From Patescibacteria group bacterium (GTDB lineage: Bacteria > Patescibacteriota > UBA1384 > 2-12-FULL-50-11), in the NCBI GenBank assembly GCA_038058635.1, contig JBBUAP010000001.1, forward strand, positions 384,771 to 448,770: a DNA stretch of 64,000 bases, in the 5' to 3' direction. The first letter of the stretch is position 1. Every line of letters starts with the position of its first letter. The notes under the pieces are model-generated. The model was not told where the DNA came from. It searched no databases and was given only the letters and a program-made list of their open reading frames with translations. Below, piece by piece: positions 8,796 to 17,373 of this stretch. A program made the position numbers and the translations under genes.

Positions 8796-10175
8796 CTACT
8801 TCAAGACAAAGGCGCTACCGATGGTAAAAACAATGTCTTCGGTTGAGGTGGCTGGCTTGTTGACAGTTGGCTTCAAACCAAAACGACGCTTGAGTAATGC
8901 TAGGGTGTAGGGCTTGTCGGTCGAGTAGGTGATGGTCGAAGTTTTCTGAATCGCGGTCACCAGTTCAACGCGACTAACGGTATAGCCAAGTGTAGCCAGT
9001 TTTTTCTTTAAAGCGTTACCAGCGTCTTTTTTGCCGGAAGCATCAACGATTTTAATTTTGGCAGCCTCTTTAATTAGATACGGCTCGGGCAGAGCTGTCA
9101 TGGCAAAATCCCTTACTTCAGTCCAGTCATTTTGGCCGAGCTTGGGAATCAAGATATATTGACCGATGTTATTGGTGCTGGAGACCAACGGTCCGGTCGG
9201 ACCATTATCGAGAATGGCCGTTGTCGTATCGGCGCTGTTAATATCTGTCATCAACTTGGTCAAGCTAGCGATTTCGTTGCTCTGAAGATCGGTCTTGAAG
9301 TTGCGACCGATGGTGGCCAACAGGTCGGTGACCTTTTTGGGGTTAGCTAAAAAATTGAGCTGAAAAGCTTTGTCGCGAATAGCGCCGATGACTTGCTGTT
9401 GTCGGCGGGATCGATCAAAATCGCTGGTCGTCTGGCGACTTCGGGCGTATTTCAAAGCAGTAGAGCCATCAAGTTTCTGAAGCCCAGGCTTAATGCTAAA
9501 GGGATCGAAACCAGAGCCGTTACTACTAGGGTATTTTGGGTCGTAAATAGCTTTGTCGACATAGATTTGGATGCCACCGAGATTGTCGACAATTTTTTTG
9601 ACGCCGTTAAAATCAACCTTAGCAAAATAGCTGATTTGGATGCCGAGCGTTTCGGAAATGGTTTTTTTCATCAGCGCCCCACCGGCATCAACCTTGGGGT
9701 CACAGGTATTTTTGGCCTTTGCACAAGCGCTAATACCGGAATTGTAGACTTCATTGATTTTAGTCGAACGGTTTTCGGCCGAGTTGAAAACGTAAAGATC
9801 GCGCGGTACGGACAACATCGCCATTTTTTTGTTGATCGGGTCGATAGAGATAATTGAAATGGAGTCGGTTAGACCAGCCGCAGCGTCGATGCCCAGCGTC
9901 AGGATGTTGATCCGACTGTCACCTTCACCGAGGAGCTGGTCAGGCGAAATGTCGCCGTTAAAGCGGAAGAACGACGATCGGTCGTCGGCGTTTTTGGCGG
10001 AGATATTCTTGAAAGCAATCATGCCAGAAACGGCAACCCAGCCGACTGAACCAATGATTAAGATGACTAAGCCGAACAAGAAAAACCGCAAACTTTTTCG
10101 TTGCTTGTTGCCGCTGGGGTCGATATTACGAATTGGTGGGGTAGGGCGAAATTGGGGATTTGGTCGGAGGAGCAT
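8796..10175 (-). CDS. LytR-CpsA-Psr (LCP) family cell-envelope polymer transferase
   Basis: 459 aa with an N-terminal TM segment and the LCP core 'INILTLGIDAAAGLTDSISIISIDPINKKMAMLSVPRDLYV'. Confidence 0.85.
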   Translation of the reverse strand: MLLRPNPQFRPTPPIRNIDPSGNKQRKSLRFFLFGLVILIIGSVGWVAVSGMIAFKNISAKNADDRSSFFRFNGDISPDQLLGEGDSRINILTLGIDAAAGLTDSISIISIDPINKKMAMLSVPRDLYVFNSAENRSTKINEVYNSGISACAKAKNTCDPKVDAGGALMKKTISETLGIQISYFAKVDFNGVKKIVDNLGGIQIYVDKAIYDPKYPSSNGSGFDPFSIKPGLQKLDGSTALKYARSRQTTSDFDRSRRQQQVIGAIRDKAFQLNFLANPKKVTDLLATIGRNFKTDLQSNEIASLTKLMTDINSADTTTAILDNGPTGPLVSSTNNIGQYILIPKLGQNDWTEVRDFAMTALPEPYLIKEAAKIKIVDASGKKDAGNALKKKLATLGYTVSRVELVTAIQKTSTITYSTDKPYTLALLKRRFGLKPTVNKPATSTEDIVFTIGSAFVLK

Positions 10176-10217
10176 TACTTTTCACTTTAGCACATCGAGG
10201 ATTCTTGACCTAGGGTC

Positions 10218-10598
10218 TTAGTATCGGGCGGTTGCTTGGACGACGGGTTTTGGGGGAGAGTTTTTAAGAAATTCTAGGGCATTCTCGAGCGAATCGCCCT
10301 CGAGTTCGATAATCGGTTTGTCGAGTAGCCACCCCAGTGTATTGGCGGCGGCGACGCCCATTCTGGTGCCGGTGTACGAGCCGGGTCCAGTCAGGACGGC
10401 GACGGCATCGATATCTTCGATTTTAGTTTTGGCAGATTTTAAGAGCTTGTCAGTCAATTGTTGCAGATCTTGGGCCCGGACGGGGGCGACTAACTTTTTG
10501 ACCTTCCCTTCATCAACCAACGCGACGCTAGTTTGGTCGCGGTTAGTGGTATCAAATACCAATATTCTTCGAGAAGAGAAAGATTCTTGTTTGGTCAT
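10218..10598 (-). CDS. tsaB: tRNA t6A biosynthesis protein TsaB (short form)
   Basis: 'ILVFDTTN...VALV' and 'AVAVLTGPGSYTGTRMGVAAANTL'. The start is uncertain. ATG at 10598 was chosen, while the track start is 10667. Confidence 0.75.
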   Translation of the reverse strand: MTKQESFSSRRILVFDTTNRDQTSVALVDEGKVKKLVAPVRAQDLQQLTDKLLKSAKTKIEDIDAVAVLTGPGSYTGTRMGVAAANTLGWLLDKPIIELEGDSLENALEFLKNSPPKPVVQATARY

Positions 10599-10977
10599 CG
10601 ATGATTTCCAGTTTGATAGTCTTAATATTTTTTGGCAAATGTTCCAAACCAATTTCCGGCCATTCAATGATCGTTAGCGCCGATTGGTCGTCGAGATAGT
10701 CCTGCCAGCCGAAGGTTGTTAGCTCGGACGGTTTGAGACGGTAAAAATCGAGATGGACAACTTCTTTAAAGTCGCTGTAATTGACCGGGTAATGCTTTTC
10801 CAAGACGAAAGTTGGGCTGGTGACTCGCCCCTCAAAACCCATTTCTCGTAAAATATGTTGCGTCAAAGTCGTTTTACCGCTGGCCAACGGCCCTGACAAC
10901 GCCAAAACATCCCCGGGCTGGAGCGAGCCGAGAACTTCTTGGGCGATTGATGGGAGATCAGAGAGTGTAACCAACAT
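10552..10977 (-). CDS. tsaE: tRNA t6A biosynthesis ATPase TsaE
   Basis: P-loop 'LSGPLASGKTTLTQ' and 'VTSPTFVLEKHY'. The start was moved to ATG 10977 because the track start overlaps tRNA-Gln. Confidence 0.85.
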   Translation of the reverse strand: MLVTLSDLPSIAQEVLGSLQPGDVLALSGPLASGKTTLTQHILREMGFEGRVTSPTFVLEKHYPVNYSDFKEVVHLDFYRLKPSELTTFGWQDYLDDQSALTIIEWPEIGLEHLPKNIKTIKLEIIDDQTRIFLFSKNIGI

Positions 10978-10979
10978 TG

Positions 10980-11050
10980 TTCCCGGGCTAGGATTCGAAC
11001 CCAGATACACGGCACCAAAAGCCGTAGTCCTACCATTAGACGACCCGGGA
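10980..11050 (-). tRNA. tRNA-Gln(TTG)
   Basis: 71 nt with acceptor TCCCGGG/CCCGGGA (U1:A72), anticodon loop TTTTGGT and T-loop TTCGAAT. Confidence 0.85.
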
Positions 11051-11083
11051 ATGTATGAGTATTTTACCAGCTTATCTTTCCGT

Positions 11084-11112
11084 TGTCAGGACAAAAATGA
11101 GGAGCTAGGCCT
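11084..11112 (-). terminator. intrinsic terminator after the DUF1653-like gene
   Basis: The minus strand reads GGAGCTAAGCC GAAA GGCCTAGCTCC followed by TCATTTTTG. Confidence 0.55.
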
Positions 11113-11118
11113 TTCGGC

Positions 11119-11481
11119 TTAGCTCCCAATGGGGAATTGGCTGAATCTGGCAAGGCGCTGCCCAGATTTGTTAGTGACGGTTTCAGTAAAGTCCTCTGGG
11201 GTTTGAGCCCAGTAGGTGGCCTCACATGAAGGGTGGTAGACAACGCACCAGCCCGTCCACTCCTTTGTAAACGCGTACGCCATACCAACGACCACGTAGA
11301 ACTTCTCGTTGTTGTAGTGTTGGTAGGTTCCTGGCTTCACTACGATATCGCTGAGTGGGAGAGGGCAGTCTTGAACATCGCCATCGCGCTCTACGATAAA
11401 GTAATTCTCCTCCGAAAGAAGTAGGAGAAATCTCGATCCGGTTGGCTTATAGCGCACCGATGAAAACCATTTAAGTTGCAT
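11119..11481 (-). CDS. hypothetical protein, DUF1653-like C-terminal half
   Basis: 120 aa. 'GTYQHYNNEKFYVVVGMAYAFTKEWTGWCVVYH...YWAQTPEDF' resembles the DUF1653 pattern, judged from memory only. Confidence 0.45.
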   Translation of the reverse strand: MQLKWFSSVRYKPTGSRFLLLLSEENYFIVERDGDVQDCPLPLSDIVVKPGTYQHYNNEKFYVVVGMAYAFTKEWTGWCVVYHPSCEATYWAQTPEDFTETVTNKSGQRLARFSQFPIGS

Positions 11482-11642
11482 TGAATTCCTCCGTTGTTAG
11501 ATTCTAGCATTTATCACCCTACCCGTTAAGACATTAGGGATGTTTTACCAAAAGAATCCCCTGCGGGATTTATTGATAGTTCGACCCTTCGAAGGACTCA
11601 GGGTCGCTCTGAGTGGGGTCGAAGAGCGCCTACGCTCACTAC

Positions 11643-11669
11643 GAAAAGAGCCCTCCTTTCGGAGGGCCT
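11643..11669 (-). terminator. intrinsic terminator of rnpB
   Basis: The minus strand reads GGCCCTCC GAAA GGAGGGCT followed by CTTTTCG, immediately 3' of the P1 3' strand. Confidence 0.6.
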
Positions 11670-11670
11670 T

Positions 11671-12376
11671 TTCGGAAGTCTGTAAGCCGGGTTCTGTTTT
11701 AAACGATCATCTGTCTAAGCGTTGAGACCAATATTCAATTGCGAGACCGCAATGGAGCTCGTTGTTCCTTTTGGGAACTTCAAACTTAGATTAAATATCG
11801 GCCCACTCAACTTGCACCACGCTGGGTTTAGCTACTCGCCTTATTACTAAGGACGATTGTGCGCTCTTACCGCACTCTTTTCACCTTTGCCTGTTCCGAT
11901 TCAGTTAGGAAGGGGTGTCACACCTGAGCGCGACACCCATGGTCTATGGACTGCGGGATACTCCGCAGTCGAAGTGGCCGTACTCAGTACGGGCCACTAT
12001 AGAGAGACGATGATTGGTCTTCGACCAGAAGCAGATTCGCCCAATACACGGAGTTTGGACATTTCGATTTTCGCTTCCGACTCTTCTCCTAGTGTCCAAC
12101 CCCTTTCAACGTCCCTGGTAATGATGGTGACGATTTCGGATGCCTGGATTTCGTCGGTCGCTTCAAATCCAAACCGTGCGACGACTCCTCCACGCAGCCT
12201 CATGAAAAGCTCATAATTCATACCCATCTTCTTTCCTCCTAACTGAACCGGACATTGGCTGTTTTGTTTCTGTGCCACTTTCCCTTAGATTGCTCTAGCC
12301 TGCCGTTAGCAGGAGCGCGTCTCTATGGTGCCCGGACTTTCCTCACATGTTAATGCGCGATCGTTTCGACTTCGGG
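11671..12376 (-). ncRNA. rnpB: RNase P RNA, bacterial type A, with a giant P12 expansion
   Basis: Minus-strand motifs are GAGGAAAGTCCGGGC (12344-12330), CACAGAAACAAAACAGCC, AAAGGTGAAAAGAGTGCGGTAAGAGCGCAC (ending 11859) and ACAGAACCCGGCTTAC (11697-11682). P2 pairs AAACGATC (12366-12359) with GATCGTTT (11708-11701). P1 pairs GAAGTC with GACTTC. A promoter and a terminator flank the gene. Confidence 0.85.
11997..12227 (-). CDS. 76-codon ORF inside the rnpB P12 expansion (hypothetical; may not be translated)
   Basis: TAGGAGGAAAGAAG-ATG puts an SD 7 nt upstream of the start. The product is MGMNYELFMRLRGGVVARFGFEATDEIQASEIVTIITRDVERGWTLGEESEAKIEMSKLRVLGESASGRRPIIVSL. I recognise no domain, and the SD is base-paired in the P12 stem. 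Confidence 0.3.
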   Translation of the reverse strand: MGMNYELFMRLRGGVVARFGFEATDEIQASEIVTIITRDVERGWTLGEESEAKIEMSKLRVLGESASGRRPIIVSL

Positions 12377-12379
12377 GAA

Positions 12380-12408
12380 AATATAACAAAAATAAGGTAA
12401 AAAGTCAA
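12380..12408 (-). promoter_or_regulatory. sigma70-type promoter of rnpB
   Basis: The minus strand reads TTGACT-N17-TATATT, then about 7 nt to the P1 5' strand (CCCCGAAGTC). It overlaps the rnhB stop codon. Confidence 0.55.
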
Positions 12409-13052
12409 TGCAAAAAGCTCTGGCGGTGGAGGGGGCAGGGGCCGATAGCGTCGAGGGCTTTTTTGTGCGCGAGAGTGCCGTATCCGGCGTTTTGCCGCCA
12501 GCAGTATTCGGGGTGAGCTTGGTGATAAACGCTCATTAATCGATCCCGGTAAACCTTGGCAACAATTGAGGCGGCGGCAACGGGATAAAACAGCGAATCG
12601 CCCCGAATGGCACTAATGAACCGAGGGACACCCGCCGGGTGGACTCGGTCGGTGAGAAGGAGGTCGACGCTAATGTCAGCTAAGGCGCGCTCATACGCCA
12701 GTCTTTGGGCGGCGGCCAAACCGAGCTGGTCGATTTCGTCGTTACTGGCTATACCGAAAGAGATTTGGAGGGCGGAGTAATGAATTTGATGGGCTAGTAA
12801 CTCTCGTTTTTGCGCGGAGAGTAACTTTGAGTCGTTGATGCCGTTAATCGGCTGATAAATCTCCACTGCCGCAACCACCAATGGCCCGGCTAAAGCGCCG
12901 CGGCCAACTTCGTCGATGCCAACAATTGTTTTGTAACCGAGTAACCGAAGGTCTTTAACGAACCTGGGCCTTGGCCTTCGCGACCGGTTTTTTGCCAATA
13001 ATGCTCGGCGAATCGTTTTCTTTGAGGAATCGGCCAGTAATCGATTTGGCAT
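12405..13052 (-). CDS. rnhB: ribonuclease HII
   Basis: 'IVGIDEVGRGALAGPLVVAAV' and 'INDSKLLS'. The start is uncertain because the track ATG overlaps the uvrA paralog by 98 nt. Confidence 0.85.
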   Translation of the reverse strand: MPNRLLADSSKKTIRRALLAKNRSRRPRPRFVKDLRLLGYKTIVGIDEVGRGALAGPLVVAAVEIYQPINGINDSKLLSAQKRELLAHQIHYSALQISFGIASNDEIDQLGLAAAQRLAYERALADISVDLLLTDRVHPAGVPRFISAIRGDSLFYPVAAASIVAKVYRDRLMSVYHQAHPEYCWRQNAGYGTLAHKKALDAIGPCPLHRQSFLH

Positions 13053-15867
13053 TCTTCATAATATCCTCCGGTGTGCCTTCGGCCACAAGCTCACCGCCTT
13101 GATCGCCGCCATCGGGACCCAAGTCAATCACCCAATCGGCACAACGAATAACTTCTAGATTATGTTCGATAATAATAACGGTGTTACCCTTATCGACGAG
13201 CTGATAAAGAACTTTTAGCAAGCGCTGAATGTCCTCAAAATGGAGACCTGTCGTTGGCTCGTCGAGAATATATAAAGTTTTGCCCGTTTCGCGCTTGGCC
13301 AGTTCGGTCGCCAGCTTAATTCGCTGGGCCTCCCCGCCCGAAAGCGTCGTGGCTGGTTGACCGAGCCGCATATAACCCAAACCAACGGCCTGAAGCACTT
13401 CTAGTTTGTCGGTTACCTCGATACTACCTTTGAAAAATTCCAGGGCTTCGTCAACTGTCATTTGTAGAATATCGCTAATGTCTTTGTCGAGATATTTTAT
13501 CTCGAGCGTTTCGGGGTTGAAGCGCTTGCCGCGGCATTCGACACAAGGCACATAGACGTCGGGCAAAAAGTTCATCTCGATTTTCATCTGACCGTCACCG
13601 CGACAGTTTTCGCACCGACCGCCCCGTAAGTTAAAGCTAAATCTTGACGCTTCGTAGCCACGTTCTGATGCCTCGCGGGTAGCCGCAAACAGCTCTCTAA
13701 TTGGCCCAAGCGTACCAGTATAGGTGGCCGGATTACTGCGAGGGGTTCGGCCGATGGCTGACTGATCGACATTAATAATATTGTCGATTTTATCAAGACC
13801 GGTGATTTGGCCGTGCGGCGCCGCTTCGGCTTGGGTGCCGTGGAAGTGACTTTCAAGAGCCACGGCTAAGGTGTCTTCGATCAGGGTCGATTTACCCGAT
13901 CCAGACACGCCGGTAATACAAACGAGGCGATTGAGAGGGATCTTGACGGTGACGTTCTTCAAATTGTTGCCAGTGGCGCCTTGAATTTCTAGGCAGTCGG
14001 CTTCGTGCTCGTGACGATGGCTCGGTAGTTCAATCTTCTTTGCTCCCGACAAGTAAGCGCCGGTCAAAGACTTTTTGTCGGCTTTAATCTGTTCTGGCGT
14101 GCCGATGGCCATGATCTCACCGCCGAGTTCGCCGGCCCCCGGACCCATATCGATAATATGATCGGCGATTAGCATCGTGTCTTTGTCGTGCTCGACGACG
14201 ATGACGGTATTGCCGCGCTCTTTCAGTTCTTTAATTGTTTGGAGTAATTTCTGATGATCACGAGCGTGCAAACCGATTGATGGCTCGTCGAGAATGTAAA
14301 TGACGCCAGTCAAACCCGAACCCAATTGAGTGGCCAAGCGAACCCGCTGGGCTTCACCGCCGGCCAGCGTCGAAGTCGTTCGGTTCAAGGTGACATAACC
14401 CAAGCCAACTTCGAGCAGGTAACCCAGCCGTTCGGCCACTTCCTTAATGATAGGCGCGGCAATTTTTTTGTGGCCGTTGTCGCCAAAGACGGTTTTCAGT
14501 TCCTCAAAATATTTAGCGGCTTGTTCGATATTTAAACTCGTCACATCGATAATGTTCTTATCTTTAATTTTAATAGATAGCACCTCGACGCGGAGTCGTT
14601 GGCCGTGGCACGATGTACAAACTTTCTCGAGCATATATTTCTCAATTTCGTTGCGTAGGTAATCAGAGTCGGTCTCGCGATATCTTCGTTCTAAGTTTGG
14701 TAGAACGCCCTCAAAAAGTTCTGGGTCACCGTTACCCGCTCCTGGTTCGCCGTTCAAAATTGTGTTGAGGGTGGCTTCCGGTAGTTCGCCAACTGGTGTG
14801 TCTAAACTAAATTGATACTTGCTCGACATGGTGTTGAGCGTTTTTTGATACCAATTCGAATGCGAAGTTGTCCTACTCCACGGGCGAATCGCCCCCTCAG
14901 CGAGGGTTAATCGAGGGTTGGGGATCACTAGATCTTTATCGGCGACCATCTGTAAGCCCAAGCCCTGACAGATCTGGCAAGCGCCTTCAGGATTATTAAA
15001 AGAAAAGAGTCGCGGTTCGATGTCGGGGAACTGCCAGCCGCACTGACTACAGGCGTAACGCTGGGAGTAGAATCGTTCGCGACTGTTGTCGGGAGTGGTG
15101 GCTACCAGCAATCCGCCGCCGAGCTTAAGCGCTCGATCGACTAATTTTAAGAGGTCGACATAGGCGATCGATTCAGACTGTTCGTTCGAGACCGGAAAAT
15201 CAATGTTGCCGACCAATAGCTCGATGGTGTGGCGTTTGTTTTTGTCGACAGCCAAGGCCAGACTCTCGTCGATGTCCATCTCGATATTATCGAATCTGAC
15301 TCTTAAAACCCCGGCTTTTTTGGCCTGCTTCAAGTGATATTTATGCTCACCCTTACGGCCCTGAACAGCGATCGCAAATATCTTAGCCTTAAGAGTTTCA
15401 GCCTCGGTAAATTCCCGCAGAATTAAGCGAGCAATCGACTCGGTGGTTTGGGGTTTGATAGCAATGCCGCACTTGGGGCAAAAAGGTGTCCCAGCGCGGG
15501 AAAAGAGGAGGCGCAGGAAGTCGTAAATTTCGGTAGCGGTGGCAACGGTTGAGCGAGGATTGCGCGAGGCCGTTTTTTGGTCGATGGCGATGGCCGGCGA
15601 CAAACCCTCGATGTAATCGAAATCTGGTCGTTCGATGTCGCTCAAGAATTGACTGACATAAGAAGATAGCGACTCAACATAACGACGTTGGCCTTCGGCA
15701 AAAATCGTGTCAAACGCTAGCGATGACTTTCCCGATCCGGACAAGCCGGTAATAATGGTAATTTTATTTTTCGGTATCGTCACATTGAGGTTTTTGAGGT
15801 TATGCGTTCGCGCCCCAACGATTTGGATATTTTCTAAACTGTCCCTGGTTTGAATTGGTTTTAACAT
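12955..15867 (-). CDS. uvrA: excinuclease ABC subunit A, full-length paralog 1
   Basis: About 970 aa with '[51 protein letters not shown]'. Both ABC modules, the zinc modules (CPKC...[12 protein letters not shown]...CVEC) and the inserted UvrB-binding region are present. I chose the start at M15 (ATG 15867). Confidence 0.9.
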   Translation of the reverse strand: MLKPIQTRDSLENIQIVGARTHNLKNLNVTIPKNKITIITGLSGSGKSSLAFDTIFAEGQRRYVESLSSYVSQFLSDIERPDFDYIEGLSPAIAIDQKTASRNPRSTVATATEIYDFLRLLFSRAGTPFCPKCGIAIKPQTTESIARLILREFTEAETLKAKIFAIAVQGRKGEHKYHLKQAKKAGVLRVRFDNIEMDIDESLALAVDKNKRHTIELLVGNIDFPVSNEQSESIAYVDLLKLVDRALKLGGGLLVATTPDNSRERFYSQRYACSQCGWQFPDIEPRLFSFNNPEGACQICQGLGLQMVADKDLVIPNPRLTLAEGAIRPWSRTTSHSNWYQKTLNTMSSKYQFSLDTPVGELPEATLNTILNGEPGAGNGDPELFEGVLPNLERRYRETDSDYLRNEIEKYMLEKVCTSCHGQRLRVEVLSIKIKDKNIIDVTSLNIEQAAKYFEELKTVFGDNGHKKIAAPIIKEVAERLGYLLEVGLGYVTLNRTTSTLAGGEAQRVRLATQLGSGLTGVIYILDEPSIGLHARDHQKLLQTIKELKERGNTVIVVEHDKDTMLIADHIIDMGPGAGELGGEIMAIGTPEQIKADKKSLTGAYLSGAKKIELPSHRHEHEADCLEIQGATGNNLKNVTVKIPLNRLVCITGVSGSGKSTLIEDTLAVALESHFHGTQAEAAPHGQITGLDKIDNIINVDQSAIGRTPRSNPATYTGTLGPIRELFAATREASERGYEASRFSFNLRGGRCENCRGDGQMKIEMNFLPDVYVPCVECRGKRFNPETLEIKYLDKDISDILQMTVDEALEFFKGSIEVTDKLEVLQAVGLGYMRLGQPATTLSGGEAQRIKLATELAKRETGKTLYILDEPTTGLHFEDIQRLLKVLYQLVDKGNTVIIIEHNLEVIRCADWVIDLGPDGGDQGGELVAEGTPEDIMKNAKSITGRFLKENDSPSIIGKKPVAKAKAQVR

Positions 15868-16132
15868 TAGACTGCGTGCTGTCGGCAATTGTACAGCACA
15901 AATGGGCAATAATGCAAGAGTCGAGCCCGCCGTAAGGCGGTGGGATAACGAATAACGCTCGCCTCCGTGCTACGCACGGCTAGACCCTTGCATTTAATTG
16001 TCGTTTCGCTACAACGAGAGAAGCGAAGAAAAGTTGTTAGATTTTGTTGCTCGCACGGGAGCGGAGTACCTTAAGTGCTCGCGACAAAATCTAACAACCA
16101 AAAAGAAAGAATGATTATTAAGGAGGTGTAAG

Positions 16133-16561
16133 TTGAAAGGAGTAATGGAAACAAACGGACCAGGTACAACAGTTGGGGTAAATGTTGCATTGTCAGGCAC
16201 ATTGAAAGATCAGAACGACATTTCGGTTTTTGGCATGGTTGAGGGAGAGGTGGTTTCGGAAAAATCAGTCACGATCGGTCAAACAGCGCAAGTGAAGGGA
16301 CCAGTCAAAGGCGAGTTAGTCACAATCGCCGGTGTGGTTCGTGGCGCTATTACCGCCAGCGAGAAATTGGAATTACTTGAAACCGGCAAGGTTTTTGGCA
16401 GTATTTCAACCAAGAATCTGGTCATTCACTCCGGCGGCATTTTCGTCGGTAAGTCCGACATGCCCACCGACGAGGAGAGCACGGAACAGCCAGAGCCAGA
16501 ATCTGAAATAGAACCAGGCGAGCCAGTAGACGAAGAAACACTGATTCCCGACGAAGAGTAG
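16133..16561 (+). CDS. bactofilin-family cytoskeletal protein with acidic C-terminal tail
   Basis: The beta-helical repeat reads 'ISVFGMVEGEVVSEKSVTIGQTAQVKGPVKGELVTIAGVVRGAITASEKLELLETGKVFGSISTKNLVIHSGGIFVG'. An AAGGAGG motif lies 6 nt upstream of the TTG start. Confidence 0.85.
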   Translation: MKGVMETNGPGTTVGVNVALSGTLKDQNDISVFGMVEGEVVSEKSVTIGQTAQVKGPVKGELVTIAGVVRGAITASEKLELLETGKVFGSISTKNLVIHSGGIFVGKSDMPTDEESTEQPEPESEIEPGEPVDEETLIPDEE

Positions 16562-16567
16562 GGCTCG

Positions 16568-17293
16568 ATGTATTATTACATCATGGAGCCGCCCTCTAGT
16601 CGGGCGGTTCGCCAGACCTACCAAAGATTGCGTGATCTGCTAACAAGTCTCGGCATCGCTGGCGAGATGATGGCGGCGAGTCCGGCACGAACTCCGGAGG
16701 AACTGGCGATGATGGGTCTGGAGAGGGGCTACAGCACGATTGTTGCCGTTGGAGGAGACGCCTTTGTGAACTTCATCGCCCAGACAATTATCGGCCAGGC
16801 GGTTTTGGGAATTATTCCCATCGGCGAGGCCCAGCAATCCGCCGAGCTAATCGGCACTAATAATATGAAAACGGCGGCCGAATTTTTGAAGTTTCGACGC
16901 TTGAGCACTTTCAACACCGTTACGGCCGATCCAGATTCCTTAATTTTTCTTGATGCGGTCATTGAGCCTCCCAAGCTGGCCAAAATCAGTTTTGTTATCG
17001 ACGGCAAACTACGGGGCTACGCTTATTTTAATAAACTGACGGTGACGAGGAATTTAGAGATCAAGATTGAAAGCGAACATTTAGTTGAACCAAAAAAGAT
17101 TCTAGGTTTGTTTTCAACGGGTGGAACCGTCGTAAGGTCACTTAGCCAGTTTCACGGTCGGGTAGTCCGCTTAACTTCCGAACCAGATTTAGCGATTTTA
17201 ATTGACGGTCGACCAGTCGTCCGAACACCGCTTCAGCTTCGCCTCAACCCAAACTCCTTGAAAGTTATCACCAAGCGTGGTAGTATTCTCTAG
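16568..17293 (+). CDS. diacylglycerol-kinase-catalytic-domain (YegS/LCB5-like) protein, divergent
   Basis: 'YSTIVAVGGDAFVNFIAQ...LGIIPIG' matches the DAGK_cat layout, but the GGDGT motif is degenerate (GGDAF). Confidence 0.55.
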   Translation: MYYYIMEPPSSRAVRQTYQRLRDLLTSLGIAGEMMAASPARTPEELAMMGLERGYSTIVAVGGDAFVNFIAQTIIGQAVLGIIPIGEAQQSAELIGTNNMKTAAEFLKFRRLSTFNTVTADPDSLIFLDAVIEPPKLAKISFVIDGKLRGYAYFNKLTVTRNLEIKIESEHLVEPKKILGLFSTGGTVVRSLSQFHGRVVRLTSEPDLAILIDGRPVVRTPLQLRLNPNSLKVITKRGSIL

Positions 17294-17373
17294 AGCATGG
17301 GATATGTTTTCAGTCCAGTTGAGGATGTACTTTAACCGATCTAACAGTTCGGTCTGTTGGGAACGGAGCTAAA

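Noticed and set aside
11540-11640. Nested hairpin TTCGACCC…(ACTCAG-GGTCGCT-CTGAGT)…GGGGTCGAA between the rnpB terminator and the DUF1653-like gene, considered as a possible riboswitch.
   Set aside because: I recognise no riboswitch consensus. It is likely a 5'UTR or spacer structure, and evidence is insufficient for a separate claim.
11857-12216. 119-aa plus-strand ORF inside the rnpB region.
   Set aside because: It is antisense to the RNase P RNA and to the SD-bearing minus-strand ORF. It has no SD and a low-complexity Ser/Pro-rich product.
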